Of a stretch of DNA of 32,000 nucleotides, positions 27,460-32,000 are shown piece by piece (position 1 is the first letter of the stretch; each line of letters starts with the position of its first letter). The stretch covers positions 510,001 through 542,000 of the forward strand of contig NZ_CP006867.1 of the NCBI RefSeq assembly GCF_001481685.1. The letters are read 5' to 3'. Source of the DNA: Ignicoccus islandicus DSM 13165 (lineage in GTDB: Archaea; Thermoproteota; Thermoprotei_A; Sulfolobales; Ignicoccaceae). A program made the position numbers and the translations under genes. The notes beneath the pieces were generated by a model. That model was not told where the DNA came from and searched no databases. It worked only from the letters and a program-made list of their open reading frames with translations.

Positions 27460-27509
27460 TCGTGAGCAAAGAAAGGACGAAAGCTAAATTGAGACAATAT
27501 CAACAGAGT

Positions 27510-27563
27510 AGGGTCGCCGAGGTGTCGGATGCGAACCTCTCGCCATCCCGGGCCCTCCGGCAC
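27510..27563 (-). other. 3' arm of the pre-16S rRNA processing stem
   Basis: 27510-27534 AGGGTCGCCGAGGTGTCGGATGCGA and 27547-27563 CCCGGGCCCTCCGGCAC are exact reverse complements of 29142-29166 and 29114-29130. Confidence 0.88.
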
Positions 27564-27587
27564 TTCCCCCGGAGGACCGCTCTAAGC

Positions 27588-29085
<1,498 letters not shown>

Positions 29086-29113
29086 CCACGGCCGCAACGG
29101 CCTGAGGGGGCGG

Positions 29114-29166
29114 GTGCCGGAGGGCCCGGGTCTTAGCGGGCTCGCATCCGACACCTCGGCGACCCT
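29114..29166 (-). other. 5' arm of the pre-16S rRNA processing stem
   Basis: 29114-29130 GTGCCGGAGGGCCCGGG and 29142-29166 TCGCATCCGACACCTCGGCGACCCT pair exactly with 27547-27563 and 27510-27534; the central part folds close to a bulge-helix-bulge. Confidence 0.88.
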
Positions 29167-29169
29167 GTC

Positions 29170-29254
29170 GGGCCGGACCTCTGTCCGGCCCCCATTTTTC
29201 CCGTGAGCGTGCTTCTTCGCCGCGTGCCGGGTTTCTCCCCGGCGCCCCGCGGCG
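29170..29254 (-). other. rRNA leader hairpins
   Basis: GGGCCGGAC-CTCT-GTCCGGCCC (29170-29191), and CGCCGCG...CGCGGCG (29218-29224/29248-29254) enclosing GCCGGG/CCCGGC. Confidence 0.7.
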
Positions 29255-29283
29255 CTCTCCGTGTTTTCCAGTAGGGGCGTGGG

Positions 29284-29300
29284 GGTTATAAAATTAACTA
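29284..29300 (-). promoter_or_regulatory. Probable archaeal TATA promoter for the 16S transcript
   Basis: Minus strand reads ...GTAGTTAATTTTATAACCCC; predicted start about 25 nt downstream, just before the leader hairpins. Confidence 0.6.
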
Positions 29301-29365
29301 CAAGATATTTAACGAATATTATCTTTAGAGATTAAGTAACGATATATGAGATATAAGAGAAACAT

Positions 29366-29429
29366 GTGGCTCGGTGTAGGCTAGGGGTTCTTCACCCTTC
29401 TGGTCCGGCCTGGTACTCTTCATCGCCAC
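29366..29429 (-). ncRNA. Candidate small structured RNA, class uncertain
   Basis: GTGGC/GCCAC terminal pairing (29366-29370 with 29425-29429), internal AGGC/GCCT and GGGT/ACCC pairings. Minus strand contains GCGATGA, GTGAAGA and CCGA, weakly like C/D boxes. Confidence 0.2.
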
Positions 29430-29551
29430 TGAGGGGAGGTATGTTCTAGGTACTGATAAAGGGCTTGAATATTGAATATAAGAAAGGATCTAGCGTACCA
29501 GGATTAGACACTAGAATAAGTTCTAGGGAAGGCAAGTGGAAAAGTTGAGAG

Positions 29552-31543
29552 CTACATTGGTTTACCGTCTTCGAGGCTGTATACAGCCAACTTACCTTTA
29601 CCTAAGTCTTCTCCATAATGAGTCCTCATGCCGAACTCCTTCTGACGGAATGGGTTCCAGTTACTCACTGGCCGGTAGTAGCCAATTATCCTACTCCATA
29701 TCTCAGTCTTGGCGCCGCATCTAGGACACCTAGTATAGAGGCCTACCGTTTTGTGCCCGTTCTCACATACGCTTATCGCGGGCGTGTAGCTCCAATATAC
29801 GACACCAGCGTCCATTATTTTCTGCGTGAGTTTAGCTAGCGCTTCTGGATCCGGTTGCTCGCCTAGGAATATGTGCATCATAACACCGCCAGTGAACCTT
29901 TGTTGGACCTTTCCTTCCCATCTTATTCTCTGCCATAGAGTTATTCCGTGATCGTAGTAGGGAACCACGCTAGTAGAGTACATGTCTACTCCTTCAGGAA
30001 CGTACTCCCTGACTTCCGGGTAGTGCTTTAAGTCGTTCATGAAGAGCTTCGCTGCCGCTGTTTCACCTGGTACTTCCTCAACGTTGAATGGTTCACCCAT
30101 TTCAACGGTAAGCCTCGAAGCAATATCTGCCATCCTCTTTATCATTTCATCTTCTAGTTGAATAGCCTTCTCTTTAGTACCAACGTCCTCGCTCGTCCAG
30201 ACCTCGGGGTCACCTAGCAAGATGGCTGCTGCTTCGGGCATGCCTATTGCACCAATGGTATTGAAGTGCGTCTTAGTCCACTCGGGGCTGTATTCCCAGA
30301 CCATGCTGTAGAAGTTTCTGTAGTTCTTCATCAGCCTCAAGTAGTGAGCTCTCCACCAGCTAAGCCATTTAGCAACTAACTCTACTCTTTCTTCAAGGAT
30401 GTTGAAGAACGTATCAACGTCTCCCCTTGCATCGAGGGCGATTCTAGGTAGGTTAACCGTGACGACGCCTATACTACCAGTTATGTCTGGAATTGCCCAC
30501 ATCCCACCGAGTCTGCCCTTTGCTAGCCTTTCGAGCTCTTCTTTCCTCTGATCTTCTAAGCTCTTTAAGCGGAGGCCGCCGAGCAATGCCTTGTTAACGT
30601 CGTCCTTCTTGACTACATATCTACAGCACATTGCGAAGGCTGAATCTGGATCAATCACCTTTGTGTTTAGCCAGTAGTAGCTTCCCATCTTAGCTGCCGT
30701 TCCGAATATTGCATCGAAGAGCTCGGCGTCATTATAGAAGTCCTTGGCAGTGGGCATCAAAGTAGGAATGGGGAAGGTGAACGGTTGCCTCTGAGCGTCC
30801 CCTCTTTGAAGTACCTTACCTAGTTGTATTAACCACCTCCTAGCTTCGTCTAGGTAGTCGCCTAGAAGATCGCCGGTGGAGGCGCCTCCATTTACAGCTG
30901 GTTGATCTAACATATACTTACTCTCGGTATACGTCACAGTGATGTTAGTGAAAGGCGTTTGCATTCCTGGCCTCCATGGCAAGTTAAGTTCGTAATATAA
31001 GGTCTGAATACCTTGTCTTATCTCCTCATCGCTGAGGTGTTCCTTTGCTATGAAGGGAGCGACCCAAAGTTCTAAACTTCCATACGCTTGAGCACCTGTC
31101 CAGTATTGTTGCATCATGGCAAGGAAGTTAGCCGCATGGGCCATCGCAACTTGGTAATGCCTAGCGGGACCCGCAACTATAGTAGGGGTCTTGAGTCCCT
31201 TCTTTAACACTCTCGAATAGTCGTTACCGTTACAGTAGGGGAGGAATACGCTTTGCGGTAGCTTGTGAACATATACTATACCCTCCTTATGTGCAGAAAT
31301 CATGTCCTTTGGCATGACTTCCTCAACGACGCTCTCCCATAGATACCTCTCAGCAGCCTCGAGAAGCAACTTGTTTGGACCTTGGTACTCGTTGCTGTTT
31401 ACGCTTCTCCCCATGAGGTCCTCTAAAGTTGTGCTAGGCTGCTTAGAGTTAGTGAAGCCCAATTGCGTTAGGTGATCGCCTTTCTTCTTAGGTATTTGCA
31501 TCCTCATACCCGATTCCCAATACTTACTAGCACTATGCTCCAT
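29552..31543 (-). CDS. nrdD: Anaerobic (class III) ribonucleoside-triphosphate reductase
   Basis: 663 aa; YVHKLPQSVFLPYCNG, LNLPWRPGMQTPFTNITV, TGSIGVVTVNLPRIA, HFNTIGAIGMPEA, C-terminal CENGHKTVGLYTRCPRCGAKTEIWSRIIGYYRPVSNWN. Confidence 0.95.
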   Translation of the reverse strand: MEHSASKYWESGMRMQIPKKKGDHLTQLGFTNSKQPSTTLEDLMGRSVNSNEYQGPNKLLLEAAERYLWESVVEEVMPKDMISAHKEGIVYVHKLPQSVFLPYCNGNDYSRVLKKGLKTPTIVAGPARHYQVAMAHAANFLAMMQQYWTGAQAYGSLELWVAPFIAKEHLSDEEIRQGIQTLYYELNLPWRPGMQTPFTNITVTYTESKYMLDQPAVNGGASTGDLLGDYLDEARRWLIQLGKVLQRGDAQRQPFTFPIPTLMPTAKDFYNDAELFDAIFGTAAKMGSYYWLNTKVIDPDSAFAMCCRYVVKKDDVNKALLGGLRLKSLEDQRKEELERLAKGRLGGMWAIPDITGSIGVVTVNLPRIALDARGDVDTFFNILEERVELVAKWLSWWRAHYLRLMKNYRNFYSMVWEYSPEWTKTHFNTIGAIGMPEAAAILLGDPEVWTSEDVGTKEKAIQLEDEMIKRMADIASRLTVEMGEPFNVEEVPGETAAAKLFMNDLKHYPEVREYVPEGVDMYSTSVVPYYDHGITLWQRIRWEGKVQQRFTGGVMMHIFLGEQPDPEALAKLTQKIMDAGVVYWSYTPAISVCENGHKTVGLYTRCPRCGAKTEIWSRIIGYYRPVSNWNPFRQKEFGMRTHYGEDLGKGKLAVYSLEDGKPM

Positions 31544-31605
31544 TTTCAGAGGGGTCGTCGTATTATCGGAATATTACTAGGTGACACAAATGTAAGACCG
31601 CGTAT

Positions 31606-31618
31606 TCGACTTTATATC
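31606..31618 (-). promoter_or_regulatory. Possible TATA box upstream of nrdD
   Basis: Minus strand CTTGGATATAAAGTCG about 65-70 nt upstream of the annotated ATG at 31543. Confidence 0.35.
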
Positions 31619-31692
31619 CAAGTTTTGTAAGGAGAATTCGTTCAGTTCACTTTCACCAAACTCTCTAGCTTTAAGAGGTATCAATCGAAGTA

Positions 31693-32000
31693 TCAATCAC
31701 CGAAGAGCGTCTCGCGAAATTGCTTTAGATCGTTTATCTCCTCAAGTATCATTTCTTGGGGAACGTTAACGCGTCCTTTCAGACTCATTTTTAGAAGTTC
31801 CTCTAAGATCTCCTTCTCGTCTTCAATGCCTACGAGCCTATAGTACTTCCTTAGTAACTCGAAATCTTCCCCTTCGCCCTCATTCATCTCTCTAAGAGAC
31901 CTCCTTAGTTCCCTTAAACGAGTTAGGATTTCAATTATTCTATTGTCTATCCCATCATCGCTTGGCAACTCCTTCAGCATTTCTATTATATCTTGGAGCT
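31693..32000 (-). CDS. Hypothetical acidic helical protein, possibly partial
   Basis: Track start is ATG at 31980, but the frame stays open to the window edge (LQDIIEMLKELPSDDG...). Confidence 0.5.
   Translation of the reverse strand, partial: LQDIIEMLKELPSDDGIDNRIIEILTRLRELRRSLREMNEGEGEDFELLRKYYRLVGIEDEKEILEELLKMSLKGRVNVPQEMILEEINDLKQFRETLFGD

Noticed and set aside
29114-29166. Bulge-helix-bulge-like structure as evidence of a 16S or tRNA intron
   Set aside because: The arms flank the whole 16S gene, fitting rRNA processing rather than an intron.
31678-31698. GTATCAATC repeated with 12-nt period
   Set aside because: Only two copies at the end of an ORF; no array or flanking structure.

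Overview
This 32 kb window reads as ordinary chromosomal sequence from a hyperthermophilic crenarchaeon. An Ignicoccus-like member of the Desulfurococcales is my inference from gene content and from a very GC-rich 16S rRNA gene in an AT-leaning genome; I ran no database search. Genes are dense and mostly informational or metabolic: family B DNA polymerase (partial), S10p, GlyRS, a divergent TFB next to a Gar1-like gene, SRP19, S8e, a DUF89 protein, a UPF0200-like kinase, a PhoH-KH ATPase, a Mut7-C protein, Tpt1/KptA, lumazine synthase, a CDC48-like AAA+ ATPase with a small zinc-finger ORF, an MptE-like/archaeoflavoprotein pair, a class V aminotransferase, a DUF62 protein, NMNAT, a DUF59 protein, an OB-fold SSB, NAD kinase, short CbiX, DUF371, an ArsB/NhaD-type permease, TBP, a radical SAM/SPASM protein, a 16S rRNA gene on the minus strand, and class III ribonucleotide reductase. 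I found no CRISPR array, transposon, convincing tRNA or obvious defence island. The best second looks are: a 16S gene with no 23S directly downstream but a strong long processing stem; a DUF371 ORF with no ATG/GTG/TTG start; an ArsR-like ORF that an AAAAA tract may split from a conserved-looking downstream frame; the zinc-finger/AAA+ pair; a KaiC/RecA-like protein with an eroded Walker A; the 46-nt overlap in the MptE-like/archaeoflavoprotein pair; and a few possible small RNAs.
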